Counted from the stretch's first letter, positions 12,784-27,088 are shown. The stretch is 64,000 nucleotides of DNA from Adineta vaga (GCA_021613535.1 CP075495.1:10106001-10170000), one strand, 5' to 3'. Numbers and translations: made by a program. Notes: a model not told the origin generated them from the letters alone.

Positions 12784-14544
12784 ATGCAATCGTTGGTTGA
12801 TCTTACATCGAATATAATCGATCGAGAAGCATTTGGCTCATGTACAAATGATTTTTCTCGTATAACATACCTTCTTTCATCATCAAAATTTAGTTCTCAT
12901 CTTCAAAAATCATTAACATTATTATTAGATGAACGAACCACTGATTTCAAATGCGCAAAAACATCGAGTGAATATCGAGACAAAGGCAATGTAGCATATG
13001 CATCACATGATGAGCAACTTGCTCTTTCACTTTACAATCATGCTATTCGTTATGCACCACCATATTCTCGTGAACTTTCACTTGCATTAGGAAATCGTTC
13101 AGCAGCATTATACAATCTCAAACATTATCAATTAGCATTACAAGATATTCATCATGCATTGGATTTTTTATCATCAAATGAAGAGGATGATATACGTCGA
13201 CAACGTCTTGAACAACGTTTATATCAATGTTTAAAAAGTCAATCGGAAGAAAGACAACTTATCGATGAGAAACATATACAATTAGAAAATGAACTTAATC
13301 AATTACAATCAAGTCAAACATACAATACAAATTATCCAAGTTTAACTTCTCATGCTGATATACAATACACATCAGATCGTGGTCGACATGTTGTATCAAC
13401 AAATGTATCAACAAAATTAAAACCGGGTACAATAATTTTAATTGAACAAGCTTATGCGTCAGTTTTATTATCATCAGCATGGTCAACTCATTGTCATATG
13501 TGTTTACGTCGATTGAATCTTCTTCTTTTTGTTTGTTCACAATGTACACGAGCTGTTTATTGTTCAGCAGAATGTTTACAACAATCAATAGTTTGGCATG
13601 CATTTGAATGTCGTTTGACAATTGATCGTCTTGATAAAATGCAATTATTAGCCTTACGTTTATTAACAAAAACCGGTTGGCAATATTTACTTAAAAATAA
13701 GATTCAATTTGAAAATTATCTTAAACAAGAACAATCACAGAATGAATCTAAAAATGTGGAAATTTATCAATGGAATAATTACGAAAATATCTTAAAACTC
13801 GAAACAAATTCACAAAAACGTTCAATTGATGATTTACTTCAACGAGCAGTCCAAGCATGTGTTATAGGAATCTCATTAATCAATAATACATCATTTTCTC
13901 AAGAAGCATTTGAAAATTTAGATTATCAAATATATATATGTTCATTAATTTTATCTCATTTACAATCATTACCATGTAATGCACATGAAATATCGGAATT
14001 TATTTATCATCGTTTAACACCATTAACATCATCATGTTTAGAAATAGGTGCAGGAATATATGCAACATTAAGTTTATTTAATCATTCATGTAATCCAAAT
14101 GTTATACGAAATTTTATTGGTGATACAGTTATTGTTCGTTCACTTACATCAATTTCATCAAATAATATGGAATTAACAGATAACTATGGTTGTTTATCAG
14201 CAACAATGAATAAAACTGATCGACAGAATAAACTTAATGAACAATATCATTTTCACTGTCAATGTCAACCATGTATTGATCAATGGCCAAATTATGATCA
14301 ATTACCGGAAGGAACAGGTGATAAAATAGTCTCATCGAACGAATTTGATGAAGCTTTTCAACGACTAATTCAAGGAGAAAATCCATCAAAAGATGATTTA
14401 ATTATATTCGAAGATTTTATTGCTCAATGTGATGAACAATGGCAAGATCCAAAGAAAATTAAAGGCAAAATTTATAATAATGCTCAAGAAGCATATAAAC
14501 AATGTTTAAACTTTTTCTATCATTCATTTCATACAGAAGATTAA
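12784..14544 (+). CDS. SMYD4: SET and MYND domain protein 4-like lysine methyltransferase, intronless
   Basis: TPR segment (RDKGN...ALGNRSAAL), RGRHVV, MYND finger (CHMC...CSQC...YCSAEC...H..EC), SLFNHSCNPN, post-SET YHFHCQCQPC. Confidence 0.92.
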   Translation: MQSLVDLTSNIIDREAFGSCTNDFSRITYLLSSSKFSSHLQKSLTLLLDERTTDFKCAKTSSEYRDKGNVAYASHDEQLALSLYNHAIRYAPPYSRELSLALGNRSAALYNLKHYQLALQDIHHALDFLSSNEEDDIRRQRLEQRLYQCLKSQSEERQLIDEKHIQLENELNQLQSSQTYNTNYPSLTSHADIQYTSDRGRHVVSTNVSTKLKPGTIILIEQAYASVLLSSAWSTHCHMCLRRLNLLLFVCSQCTRAVYCSAECLQQSIVWHAFECRLTIDRLDKMQLLALRLLTKTGWQYLLKNKIQFENYLKQEQSQNESKNVEIYQWNNYENILKLETNSQKRSIDDLLQRAVQACVIGISLINNTSFSQEAFENLDYQIYICSLILSHLQSLPCNAHEISEFIYHRLTPLTSSCLEIGAGIYATLSLFNHSCNPNVIRNFIGDTVIVRSLTSISSNNMELTDNYGCLSATMNKTDRQNKLNEQYHFHCQCQPCIDQWPNYDQLPEGTGDKIVSSNEFDEAFQRLIQGENPSKDDLIIFEDFIAQCDEQWQDPKKIKGKIYNNAQEAYKQCLNFFYHSFHTED

Positions 14545-14998
14545 ATTTGTTCATTCTAAAGTTTTGTGTTTAACTTTCACGATTTCATTTTCAATAGAAA
14601 ACGAAATAACATTATACCATGATTATTCAAACTATTCTATAGAAAGTTCCGATCTTTTTTCTTGATAAAACTATAGAAAAATAAAATCTTCGTTTGACTT
14701 TGTTTTTGATAGAAATATCTTTATTAGACTGAAAATAGTTCCCAACCATGAGAATACCAAAGAAGTTCAGTCAGAACATACTAATCATGAAACGGATATC
14801 TGCAAAATAAATGTGCACGTAGATTATAAACCCTTTGGAGGACGGACATGTAAATTATCCACTTCGAGTACTTCAAGCTAATCAGATATTAATGGAAACA
14901 GCTTCAAATGAATTTTTTTAGGAAACCATCAAGTGACTCACTATTTGTACTTGCCAGATTGGCAGTGACTTCTAATTGAACGAAAAAAATAAAGAAAT

Positions 14999-15960
14999 TT
15001 ATTTTTGAAATAAAAGTTGTTTAAAAAGACGAAATTTCATAATGCTTAGATAAACTAATGGTGATAGAATAACTGATAATTTAGCAATAAAGGCACTTAA
15101 TGTAATAAAAAATTGATGTTGATTTATGAATTGTGCATGAAACATTTGTAAAAGTGCAATGATTAAATCAGTTGTCCATGCAAATAGATATGCACCAACA
15201 AGATAAAGAATTCCTTGTACAAAACGATATTGAATTCTTAAATTTTTCCGACTATTTGCTTCACGTACAGAAAACATTTGAATATTGACATGTCGATGAA
15301 ATTTATTTTGTTTTTCTTGAAGGGATAACGATGAATTTGTTTTCATTGTTGATATGGTGAATGCATGATGAATGTTCGTATTTTTCGTATTATTGAGACT
15401 GTAAAAGTATATTGACAGTAATAAGAATAAATAATGGAATAAAATAGATGAATATAAATGAAAATAATATATAGAAACGATTCGATCGTGTAAGATTATT
15501 CCATTTAATACTACAATGAAATCCTAATCCTTCAGGAACATAGGAAGTCATATAATCAAACACAGGTGGTAATGTCCAACTTAAACTTAATAACCAGCAA
15601 ATTATTGTTGAATATCGACAAAAAAAATTTTGATTCGATTCATATAATAATAAATATCGATTAACTGACAGAACGATATATGCTAACATACAAGAACAAC
15701 CACATAGAAATGAATTAAAACCTTCAATACGACATAAAATTTCATTAAAATAACGATAATAAGTAAAATTAATTGTACTATAAATTGGAACAGTAATTGA
15801 TAAAAGAGAATAAAACTAATTTCGAAATTTCTGATGATAAGAAATAAAATAAGATATTTATTAAAATTTGTATATCGTAATAAAAAATCAAAATTTGTCA
15901 ACAATCGAACAAATAATGATAATCTTTCTTGAATTATTTAGTGTACAAAAACATAATGTT
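14999..15960 (-). CDS. Opsin (class A GPCR); 5' part corrupted or frameshifted
   Basis: LSVNRY, WTLPP, YVPEGLGFHCSIKW, YFIPL, FAWT and TM7 FIAKLSVILSPLVY with Lys at the retinal-binding position; frame breaks near 15350-15400 and above 15690; start uncertain. Confidence 0.75.
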
Positions 15961-16279
15961 GTATTATAATTATCCTTTCTCTGTCCTTTAGCCGATATGT
16001 TGAGAATTTGTATATAAAAAAAGGTGTTTTATTTCTTATAAAAAGTTAAATGTAAGTAGTAATATAGAAAACATTCAATCTTTCTATCTATTTAAGTATC
16101 AATCATAGATGAATGAATCATAAAGAATAGGAAAAAAATCTTTTCCATAAGATTTTTTTCTCTTCTTGATAAGAATCTATTAATATGAAATATAATAAAA
16201 TATTAAAGAAAAAATATTTTGTAAAATGATTTCTTCTTCTTTGAAATCAATATAGCAGATAGTTAAAAGATAAATATTT

Positions 16280-17900
16280 GTATGTAATATGAAAAATTAT
16301 CTTCAGTTTACATTGTTTTGATAGAAATATCTTTATTATATAGTTCAAATGAGAATAAAGAAGTTATCAACATATATATGAAGATATTTTCGAATGTTAT
16401 ATGAAATAATCTTTATGAATTTAAATTTACATTATCTTTTTCAAAATAATATCATACTTAATTAATCAATATTAATGAAACAATTAAATGAATTTTTGAA
16501 TCAAAATTGATATATTTTATACTAATTGATATATGAATGTTGATTAATAAGATTATTTTCTAAAAATACGAATAAAATATATAATGTATTTTCTTTTAAA
16601 AGAAATATTTAGATTTTTAAATAAAATTTTTTAAAAGACAAATTTCATATGTTTGATACTATTGATGAATTGATTAATTTTTATGCATAATTAATAAAAA
16701 ATATTTATTTATGAATTTCATGAAACATTATAAAAGATCAATATTTGCATACGTGTTGCAAATAGATATGCAAAAGATAAAAAGAATTCCTTACAAAAAC
16801 GATATTGAATCTTACAATTTTTCATTATTTTATTCAATACAGAATTCATTTTGAATATTGAATGTCGATAAATTTATCTTTTTTCTGAAATAACGATTTG
16901 TTTGTTGATATGAAATAGTGATATAATTGAATAGTTTTCGATTCTGAAATAAGAAATTGACAGTAACATGATGATAATGAATAAAATAGATATTAAATAA
17001 AATTATCATAGAAAATTCTCATGAGATTATTCATTTATACTACAATGAAATCCTAATTTCAAACATGGAATCATATATAATCAAACACATGGTAATATAA
17101 CTAAATTAATAACCAACAAATTTTGTTGAATATCGACAAAAAAATGATTCATTCTTAATAATAAATATGATTAAACAAAATTTCTAACATACAAGAACAA
17201 CCCATTGTTTGAACCTTCATGACATAAATTTCATTAAAATAAATATAAGTCATTTGTACTTTTAATATATAACATGATAATAAAATAACAATGATAAAGA
17301 AATAAAAATATTTTATTTCCATAAATTTTTTTCTCATGCCAACATAAGACAGATAATTTTGTATAAAAGAAAATTCTTCATTTGGACAACAATATGCATT
17401 TACAGCAAGAATATAATTTGTATGATTGGTATTTATTTCAAAACGACGTCGAGTTATTGGTAATAGATCGACATCACCTATGATAATAAATGTTTCCTTT
17501 GTTGAAATCTCATCAAATGTCATAAAACCACCGAATAATCGTTTTAATTTGACTTAGATATTGAAACGTGAGAAGAAAAATAAAATGATATATAAATGTA
17601 ATAGTAATGTATCAGGTAAAATTTTTTTTCTTTCAATCAAAAAAATCTATGAGATGAATGACATGCTAAAATTAGCATATTAAAAATAATCGCAAAGATT
17701 TTATATGAAATTAATTATGAAATATAGATTCAAAAGTAATAAAAGAAAATAATTATTCTGGATAAAAATGATTAAATATTAGTTCTAATTGTTGTGGTAT
17801 AAGAATTATCATTACATTGTTCTCAGTTTTGATAAAAAAGTCATAGAGTCATAAAGACATGTTTCTTCAAAAACAGAAAGATGATAGAAATAATCTTATG
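16280..17900 (-). repeat. Degenerate chimeric copy of flanking sequence (opsin region, then the DxD-protein gene); probable consensus artefact
   Basis: 16280-17250 echoes 14670-15780; 17370-17530 is nearly identical to about 18960-19120; many AT-biased indels. Confidence 0.7.
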
Positions 17901-18379
17901 TCGTTTTAAATTTTTCATTTTATCTTAAAGACAAAATAAATTATTGATTATATGTCTCTGCAATCATTAAAAATAGAATCAAATTATATATACTCTAATG
18001 TGCAACTAAAGATAAAAGAGTTGAATGTTGATTTGATTATTTGTTTCACTAAAAAAACGAATTATAGAAATGAATTAGAAATGACATTTTTTTTTACTGA
18101 TAGAAAGAAAAAGAGGAAATGTATCAAGACAAACTAAAAGAATGATACAATATGAAATATGATTATTTATGCACAATGATATTTTTTCACTAAAAAAATA
18201 TATAAAAGAACAAATTCTCGAGTAAATCACAATGGATAAAACCTATTTTTTCTTGTTAATGAAACAAACAATATGAATTACAAAAGATTTCAATATCATT
18301 ACGATCATTTTCTTGACTATCTAATCAAATTCTTTTGAAGATAATATATTCACATGTTTTGAATAGATTGAATTGTACA

Positions 18380-19528
18380 GGTCAAATAGTGATATATCAT
18401 TATCAGCTTCTTCGATTCTGAACATATATCGTTGTTTGTTGATGATATTGTGAGAGTAATTGAATAGTTTTCTTATTAAATAAATAAGAAAAAGCATTCT
18501 TTAGAATTAACCATGTTTTATTACTGAATACAATACTATCATTTTTGTTTGGTAAATGGATATCATCATAGAATAGAATGGATTGAAATTCTGTTGAAAG
18601 AAAATTTTCAGGATTATGATAACCCTAAAATCTCTTTTGTAATATATGTTCCATAGAAATTGCTGTTGCATAATAAATAGAAAAATAATTAAAGATCTTC
18701 TTTAACTTGTATTCAAATTAAAAACACAAAGATCTTCTTTATAGTAATTTGATCAATATCCCATTGTTTGGAACCTTTCATGACATTTTCTGGCAAATAA
18801 ATATTCATTTTTTCTTTTAAATAACATTCAATCGTATTTACAGTTAAATTTCGTGATAATGAACAATATTTTAATGGTAAAAATATTTCTTTCCATAAAG
18901 CTTTTCTCATGCCAACATAAGACATGGGATAATAATGTATATTAGTAAAATTTTCATAGGAAAATTCTTCATTTGGACAACAATATGCATTTACAGCAAG
19001 AATATAATTTGTATGATTGGTATTTATTTCAAAACGACGTCGAGTTATTGGTAGTAGATCGACATCGCCTATGATAATAAATGTTTCCTTTGTTGAAATC
19101 TCATCAAATGTCATAAAAACCGAATAATCGTATAATTTCTTTAACATGATCAACATTAATAAAATGATATTTATTTCATCTGATTTTCATGTTTAATGGC
19201 ATTCTTTTTCGACAACAAGAAATATCACTGGTTCAAATCCAATACGACGCCATGCTAAAGCAATATAGGGTAAATAATAACAATAAGCAAATGTATATGA
19301 ATGAGATGAACATGATAATAAAACTAAATTTTTATATAAAGATGAAAAATTAGCTGGATAAAAATGATTTTCTAATCGTGGTAGTACAATTAAATATCTG
19401 GTGTTGGCTTGACATAAAATCATTAGAGTACTAAGTATTGTGAATAAAAAGACGAGCCATATACAACGGATTCGTTTCGTACATAAGAAAGTAAAAGTAA
19501 TTTGAAAGAAATCTGTTTTTCTTTTCAT
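18380..19528 (-). CDS. Uncharacterised type II membrane protein with DxD motif, possibly glycosyltransferase-like; partly corrupted
   Basis: N-terminal hydrophobic anchor, then YCYYLPYIALAWRRIGFEPVIFLV, IIIGDVDLLP, YYPMSYVGM, QWDIDQ, DDIHLP; 3' end approximate. Confidence 0.6.
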
Positions 19529-22171
19529 TATAATCTATCTGAAGACAAATATTGATTGATCAAAATTTGAATGTTAAGTTAAATATTTGGTTTTGTTTCA
19601 GAAAAGAATAAATAGAACGATAAATCAATTTCTTCCGAAAAAGAAGAAACGATATATAGAGAGATATTTATGCCAGAATAATGGTGAACATTGATAAAAG
19701 AAAAAAGAGAGAGAAAAAATTGAAGAAACAAAGATATGAATGGCATTGAAAAGACAAATACTCAAATTATTTTCAAGGTACTTAGAAACAATGAATGAAA
19801 AAAAATGATATTTTTTCGTAAAGATTCAACTATAAAGAAAATCAAGATTTGAGTAAATCAATGGAAAATTATTTTGTTGATAACAATATATCAGTTTTCT
19901 ATTACGAAGAAATTTTTGTATATCTCAAAGTATCATTAATGAATAATCTTTCTTTTTCTCAAGATGCGTATCTATTGTCTTTTGGAAGTTTAAGTTTCAA
20001 ATGTATTAATAATGCAGTTTATAACATTAGAAAATTTATCATTACGTGCTCATCGATAAATATTCTGATTCCATGAATAAAAAGATAAACTGTTCGTTTA
20101 TGCACAGCTTCGAATAAAAACGTTGTAAAAATACAGATTCTATTTCATGAAAATTGTTATTATCCTCAAAAGCTTTTGCATAGATCTTATTTTCTTTCTA
20201 AAAAATAAAGATCTTTTCATATTTCATTGAAACAATTAAAAACAGAATGAATGCAAAACGTGAATTTATATATGGTTTTATTACTCATAATCTAGTTGCG
20301 TAATTCATTCACAGCATAAATCTTTTTAAATAACAAAATATTAATTTTAGTTACTATCGAATCAATTTACTTTAACTTGTTTCAAATTACAAAAACACAT
20401 AAGATTTTATATATTAACAAATGAAAATTGATTTTTTTGTGGAATAATATTTTTGAACTTCATTAACAGTAATTATATATGGACAAACAAGGTTAAAAGA
20501 AAAGGAATTGGAATCATGCTCAATCATTAGGATACAGAAAAACGTTATACACTTGTTTTTCTGTTCCTGAAGGATGCAAATGTGGCATAAGGAAAAATTA
20601 CGTTTCATTTCTTTCATTGAAAATTAAAATTTTCATGTAAAATTATATGTCTTGGAATTTTAAAATTGAAAGGAAAATGGAAATAAAAATTAAATCTCTA
20701 ATATCCTTATAGCAAAGAGAAACATTATTCTTCATAAATGTTTTATTGTGTCAACATGATCATCTTACTAAGTACTATTCTATTTCTTGTGTTTGATAAT
20801 GATTATTGTTACAATTACTGATTATTTGAATCATAAAATCTATTATGAAAACGGAGAAGATTTGACTTTCAGCATCAACTTCTTGCCAAACGTTTCAAGG
20901 ACGACAAGATCGATCATACAGAACATCTATCAATTTATAAAATAAAACTTCTCAATATAGATGATTATTTTCTTTTATGTGTAAATATTCTTTGTAAATA
21001 AACTGTTTAATTTCTTTGAATTTTCTTGATTTTACTTTTTCCATTTTTTTTTCTCATTTGTGATTTTTCTTCATTTTTTTGTTCAGGACATTATAAAATT
21101 CACAGACATTAAATCTCTTTTTTTTTTACAAATATTATACAACAATAGAAATTGAAGTTTTTTATGATAGAAAATCAAAGTTTAACTTTGTTTAATTACG
21201 ATAATTACTGAAGGAAATCTCTCGTCATTAAATTTTCATTTATAATGAGAATTAAATCAGATTGTTAAAAATATCTATTTATATCAAATCGTCAGACTAT
21301 AAATATCTTACAGTTTTTCTATTGGTTTATTATTTGCAATCGTTTAATTTTATAATATCATATGTTATGTCACAGTCAAGAATCATTTTTGTTCATTTAT
21401 TATATACATCTATCAACAAAGAATGCTTTGTCATATCATCGTCATCGTTCAATTCGATTTACAAGAAAATTCAACAATTAAAAAAATCTGGAAACAAAAT
21501 GATAAAGCACGAAAAGAAATCATATATATTCAAGCTTTAAAAATGCATTTGCAAATTATTTCAATAAAATGCAACAACTTATCTAAAGTTATTTATACAA
21601 TCCATGAAAATCAATTGTTCTGTTATTTGTCGAATATCTATTTTTATTCATTTTAAATCCAATCTTTTCTTTGTTATCATGATGAAATACAAAATGTTTC
21701 ACGAAAAGCGTCATTAATGAATAAAGAAAAACGATAAGAACTAATGATGATTATTAGATAATATGACGTATTGTCGAAATGAATCAACATTTGATACAAT
21801 TATCTAAATTCTGAATTCATTCCATTGTAGATCATTTATTTGTTCATTATTAAAGCATTTAATATAAAATTTAAAAAAATTCATATTTCGAAAATCAGAT
21901 ATGACATTTATTTCATTATGATGTTTATTGAAAAACTATCAGAAAGAATGTTTTATATATTACAAGTTTGTCAAAACTCGATTTGAATTATTCAAAATAA
22001 AAATAACCAATTATATATCCTTATCGAATCATCATGTTATAATTATATCATCGATATCTATATGCGAAATGTGTGAACATTATATAGTAACAATTGAGGC
22101 GTGCGAGAAAAGATTGATGAATAAGATTGAAAATGAAAAGATCAAATAAAAATATTTTATTTCTGTTTTAG

Positions 22172-23592
22172 AGAAGATTATTATTCATTGGGATCGAGTT
22201 ATTGGACTTTTATTAACAATCGTAGTCCTTTTTATTGCAATTATTTGTTTTAAATTATTCAATAATTCACAGCAACTTGATCATCAAGATATTGGACAAT
22301 GTGATATGGAAGAAGCACAAAAGATTATTGATAATCTTGTAAGTCATATTCATTTATGTTAGAATACTATATGAAATATGAGTACATATCAAGATATATT
22401 ATAATGAAATAAAACTTTTTTTTTCTAGTGTGAATTATATTCTCTTGGTCAAGTAACGGGTTCTCAATGTTCAGCATTATGTAATAATAATTCTACGTTA
22501 ACATTAGCACAATGTTTATCATTATCTTCATCGAAAATTGTTTTATTGATGTCAACAAATACATCATCGTATGTTGTGTTGAAATCTTCGCGTCGTTATT
22601 TTGATCGACAAAATACAGACTTATTATTTCATGAACCTATTTTATCGATTCCATCAAGTCTTTTGACATTTTATGATCTTATTAATTCTACCTTAACAAC
22701 TCATATGGGAACATCATTAACAAATTTAACACATGAACAATTAATACGTCGATTATTTCGTCATGATCGTATTGAAAATTCTCTTATCTTATTAGAATTA
22801 TGATGATGTTTGTGATATAAATTATTATGAATATTATCATTAACATGAATCTACACTTTATTCATTAATGCAACAAATTTTATTTCATTATTATCGTTCA
22901 AAACATGAATTAATGCCAAAAATTCTTGGTTGGTGTGGTCATACATATTTAACTGAACATTTAACACCTCTAAATCATCCAGTGATCGAAGAACAATTAG
23001 ATTCCGATACGTGGATACCAAAAGCTTGGTTAGCTAATCGTTTCTTACAACTTATCGATAGTTTTGAAGAAGAACTACATGCACCACTTCATTTATGTGA
23101 TTTACGTTAAGGATTTCATTTTTAAAGGAACTTTCTTATCTATTTATTGTCTATTTAGAATTATCTAATTTTGGCGTAAGTGAAAATGGTAATATTAAAT
23201 TACTTGATTTAGACATGGCTTATTTTAATGGTTTAATTCCATTATATCCTCCGGAAAAATGTCGTCGACATTCCGATTGTTCATTTTTTGATTGTTCAGG
23301 TTATTGTGATAAACGTACACGTCGATGTCATACAAATCGTCGTATTAATAATAATTTACAAGTTTTATGTGAAAAAGTTCTACGTAAATTATTAAAACCT
23401 GAGACAATTCCATTACGATTACATGATGTTCTTTTATCTTATGTGGAAAAATGTGCATCACCACCTGGTCGTTATAAACGTGCACGTGATTTGAAAATTG
23501 AAGCATCATCGTTGCATAATAAATACAATGCTCGAAAATTAAGATCTGAAATATATCACCAATTTATTTTAACAAATCAAAAACTAAACTAA
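22172..23592 (+). CDS. Divergent protein kinase domain protein (DIPK1/FAM69 family)
   Basis: TM anchor, CELYSLGQVTGSQCSALC, PKILGWCGHTY, HLCDL..SNFGV...IKLLDLDMAY, C..HSDCSFFDC...C, NNLQVLCEK; introns near 22339-22428 and 23106-23158; 22800-22870 corrupted; start codon not resolved. Confidence 0.85.
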
Positions 23593-24729
23593 ACAATAGA
23601 TAGATAGAATTTATTCGTTTTCTTTTAATCCGTAGTAAATCTTAAATTAGATTTGTAAATATAAAACTTCAGTTTACTGTCTACTCCGAGAGAATTGTTT
23701 TTGCAGTCATGAATAAATCATTCCATATTTGTGCTTTTCTTTTTCATCTATTAACAAGATAAATTCTTTGTTGAAATGAAAAATTCTTATGATTATTCCA
23801 TGTATCATGATCGTCGTCTCATTATCAGAGTGAAATTGTTCATCAACATTATATAGTTTTATGAGCGACATTTACTTTGAACTCACTTATTTAATAGCAT
23901 GTTATACTATTGAATCTATGGTAGAGAATGAAGTCTATTCTGACATAGTAATTTTTGTTCTGTTCCTTTTACTTTTGTGTCAATTGGTATTTTATTGAAA
24001 GGCACAGAATAAAAGTTAAAATATAAGAGTTCATATTCGAAAAACTGAAGAGTATGACGAATAGACCGCGCAATACTCTTCAATCTTGTTTAGATAACTT
24101 CTGGTATATTCTCTTATCGTTTTGTTGTTGTAGAATAAGAATTTAAAATATCGAATTTATCGTCACCCTCAATGAACAATAACATTATATTTTAGAATCA
24201 TTTTTATATGTATTAATACTACTAAAGCAATACACTTGATTTGTTTCTATGAGTAATAGAAAATATAATCTGATCTGAAAGTCATGCTCGCTATTATATT
24301 CGTGTATTAGAAAAAAGTCAGGTTAACGAATAAGATCTATTGGTCAAAAGTAAATAAATGACAAGTAGAAAAGGAATTCATTCAGATGAGATTTGATATG
24401 AATGAATAAAATGAAAAGTATGAGATTACTCATCTGAAGGTTAAATATTCCTCTTTCGTACAATTGCCATTTAAACATATATATATATATATACATACAT
24501 CTGAATCATTTTCAATGAGTTTTTTCATCAACTGTCAATATGTACAACAATTAACCGATTGGGGTCATGGAACTCATAAAATCATTTCTTTCTCTCGTCC
24601 CTTCTATTCATCTGCGACACTGTTTCAGTTATTTAAATTTTTTCTTTCGTCTTATTTATTCTTCTTCCTGACGTTTTCTTTTCTTTTTGTGATTCACTTT
24701 TCGAAAGAATAAATATATTGTCAGTTTTT

Positions 24730-27088
24730 ATGGCAAGTAATTGATTATCAAATTAACATTATCCGATGCCATGAATCGTCTTTTTGGCGATCCATCAAAA
24801 TCAACGACGACGATGTCAACTGGTCAATCAAATGAAAATACACATACATCTTCAAATCTTTATGAATATTAATAAAGAGTATCATGGATTGTTCATAGGT
24901 AAATCAACATTTATCAATTATTTAACAAATTATTTTCGTGGTGGATCATTACAAAACATAAAAGTAGCTATTCCATCCACGTTTTCAAGCAAATTATGTT
25001 CGTTATACAACATTGAAAATAATGTTCGATATGGTAAAACATATGTAATCAATATACTTATTGAACAAGTTCAATTTTTATTTTTGATACGCCTGGCCTA
25101 TCAGATACACGTGGAGCAGAACAAGATAATGTCAATATGAATAAAATTATTGATGGAGTATGTAATATCTTCAAATGAATTCAAACTTTACAACATTGAA
25201 TCAGCTCTTGTCTTGTTTTATTGTTGTTAATGTCAGGACGTTTGACATTAAATCTTCGTAATGTTATTGCACGTCTTCGTGGTAATTTACCTGATGTTGT
25301 CATGGATAATGTTATTGTCGTTCTAACCAATGCTAAACGACATGAAGCAAATTTTAATATATCATCTCTTCAATTACATGGTACAGTTTATCCATATTAT
25401 ATGCAAAATTCTGCATTTTCACAAGATCCAAATACATGGGATCAAGCAGCACTTGATGCTTTACAATTTGATTGGGATGCATCCATGGATGAATTAAAAC
25501 GAATGATTGAAACGATTGATACATTCAAAATCAAATCTGTTACTGCATTTAAAGATATGAATGATGATCGTAATACTATAAAGCATTAATGCATGAAGCA
25601 CGATTAGAAGTTTCTCAAATACAAAAAATGCAAGATGAATTAGCAGCATTTGAACATGCACTTAAACAATATAAAACTGATGAAGTAACATATAAAGATT
25701 ATACACGTGAACGAGTCGTAGAAACAAAAGAATTAGTTGATGCTAAATATCATTCAAGTAAATATCGATTAATTCCTTCTTAAAATCATATCAACTCATT
25801 TTATTTTGTTTCTATTCTTCTAGCTGTTTGTCGTAAATGTGATCATGTTTGTCATGATAAATGTGGTCTTCATGAAACAACAACACATGGAAATCGAATC
25901 TTTCAACGATGTTGGGCTATGTCTGCTGAAGGTCAATGTTATATTTGTCCATCAAATTGTTTATATACGGAACATTATCATGATCGTCGTCTCATAAAAA
26001 GTGTTCCGAGAGCATTGAAATTCGCAATATCATCTGTTGCCAATAAATATAATGAAGCTCGAAAAGATAAAGTCGCTTGTGAAACAAAATGTGAAACTGT
26101 TCAAGAAACAAAACGAATGATTGAACAATCATTACAAGATCAATTTTCTAAAGTACGTGAAGCATGTTTACGTGTTCGAAGTAATTGTCAAGGTTTTAAT
26201 GTGGCTGAAGAATTATGTTTTCATATATTTGTTAGTTTTCTTAAAAATGATATGAGTTCTTTACGATCATCTACTGTATACAAGAAAAGCTACAAAAATT
26301 GTTGAAACTTGAAAAACTTGCTGATGAATTGCAACATGATGAATCATTAATATCTGTTAGTGACAACCATCATCAGCATTACCTATTCCCATGTCACCTC
26401 CGACTCCTGCTAACGAAAACAATTCAAAATAATAATCATAAACCATCGTCTAAGATTTCTCAATTACAAACAATATCACCATCAGTAAGTTGAATATTTT
26501 GAAATGAATTCATTTGTCATTGAATATAATAGAATGATGATTTAATTCAAATTGATTCTTCGCCGACTTCATCATTAATTTTGCCACAAGTAATCGTCTT
26601 TTTAGTAGTTTCACATGATTCCATTAGATGTTATAAATGATGACATCGACTGAGATGATGAACAACGAAAAAGAATTATCGAGGATAAGCACCACGTGAA
26701 CTTATTCATCGAATTCAAACGACTCAACAACCATCATGATTCAAATAATATTCGTAAATATGCGAATATCCTACGGAACGGTCTTATAAATTTAAGTCGT
26801 GAATCAACTGAAGATGTAAACTAATTGGCCAAAGCAATTAATCCGTCGTTGTGGTGGAACATCCATTGGGTATTTATCTCCTGTTTCAACTTTGATCTCT
26901 GTGAATATTATGCCTCAGCATCGTATCTTAAGCAATTAGATGAAGTTGTTCGTTTACATGCTCAACTTTCAATCAGATGTACAACAATTAACCGATCATG
27001 ATCCATTCGAATACTTTTCTGTACCCGTAGAGCAAACTACTACATTTAGCTGCTGTAACACTTTGTTTTACAAAATGCTACTAAATAG
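24730..27088 (+). CDS. AIG1/septin-like P-loop GTPase with Cys/His-rich and coiled-coil regions, copy A (frameshifted, corrupted)
   Basis: GKSTFINYLTNYF (Walker A end), DTPGLSDTRG (G3), VVLTN (G4-like), CRKCDHVCHDKC...CYICPSNC...HYH, then a helical region distinct from copy B. Confidence 0.7.

Noticed and set aside
20840-21660. Coding-looking fragments suggesting another gene
   Set aside because: Lies in the corrupted zone; no consistent frame or recognisable motif.
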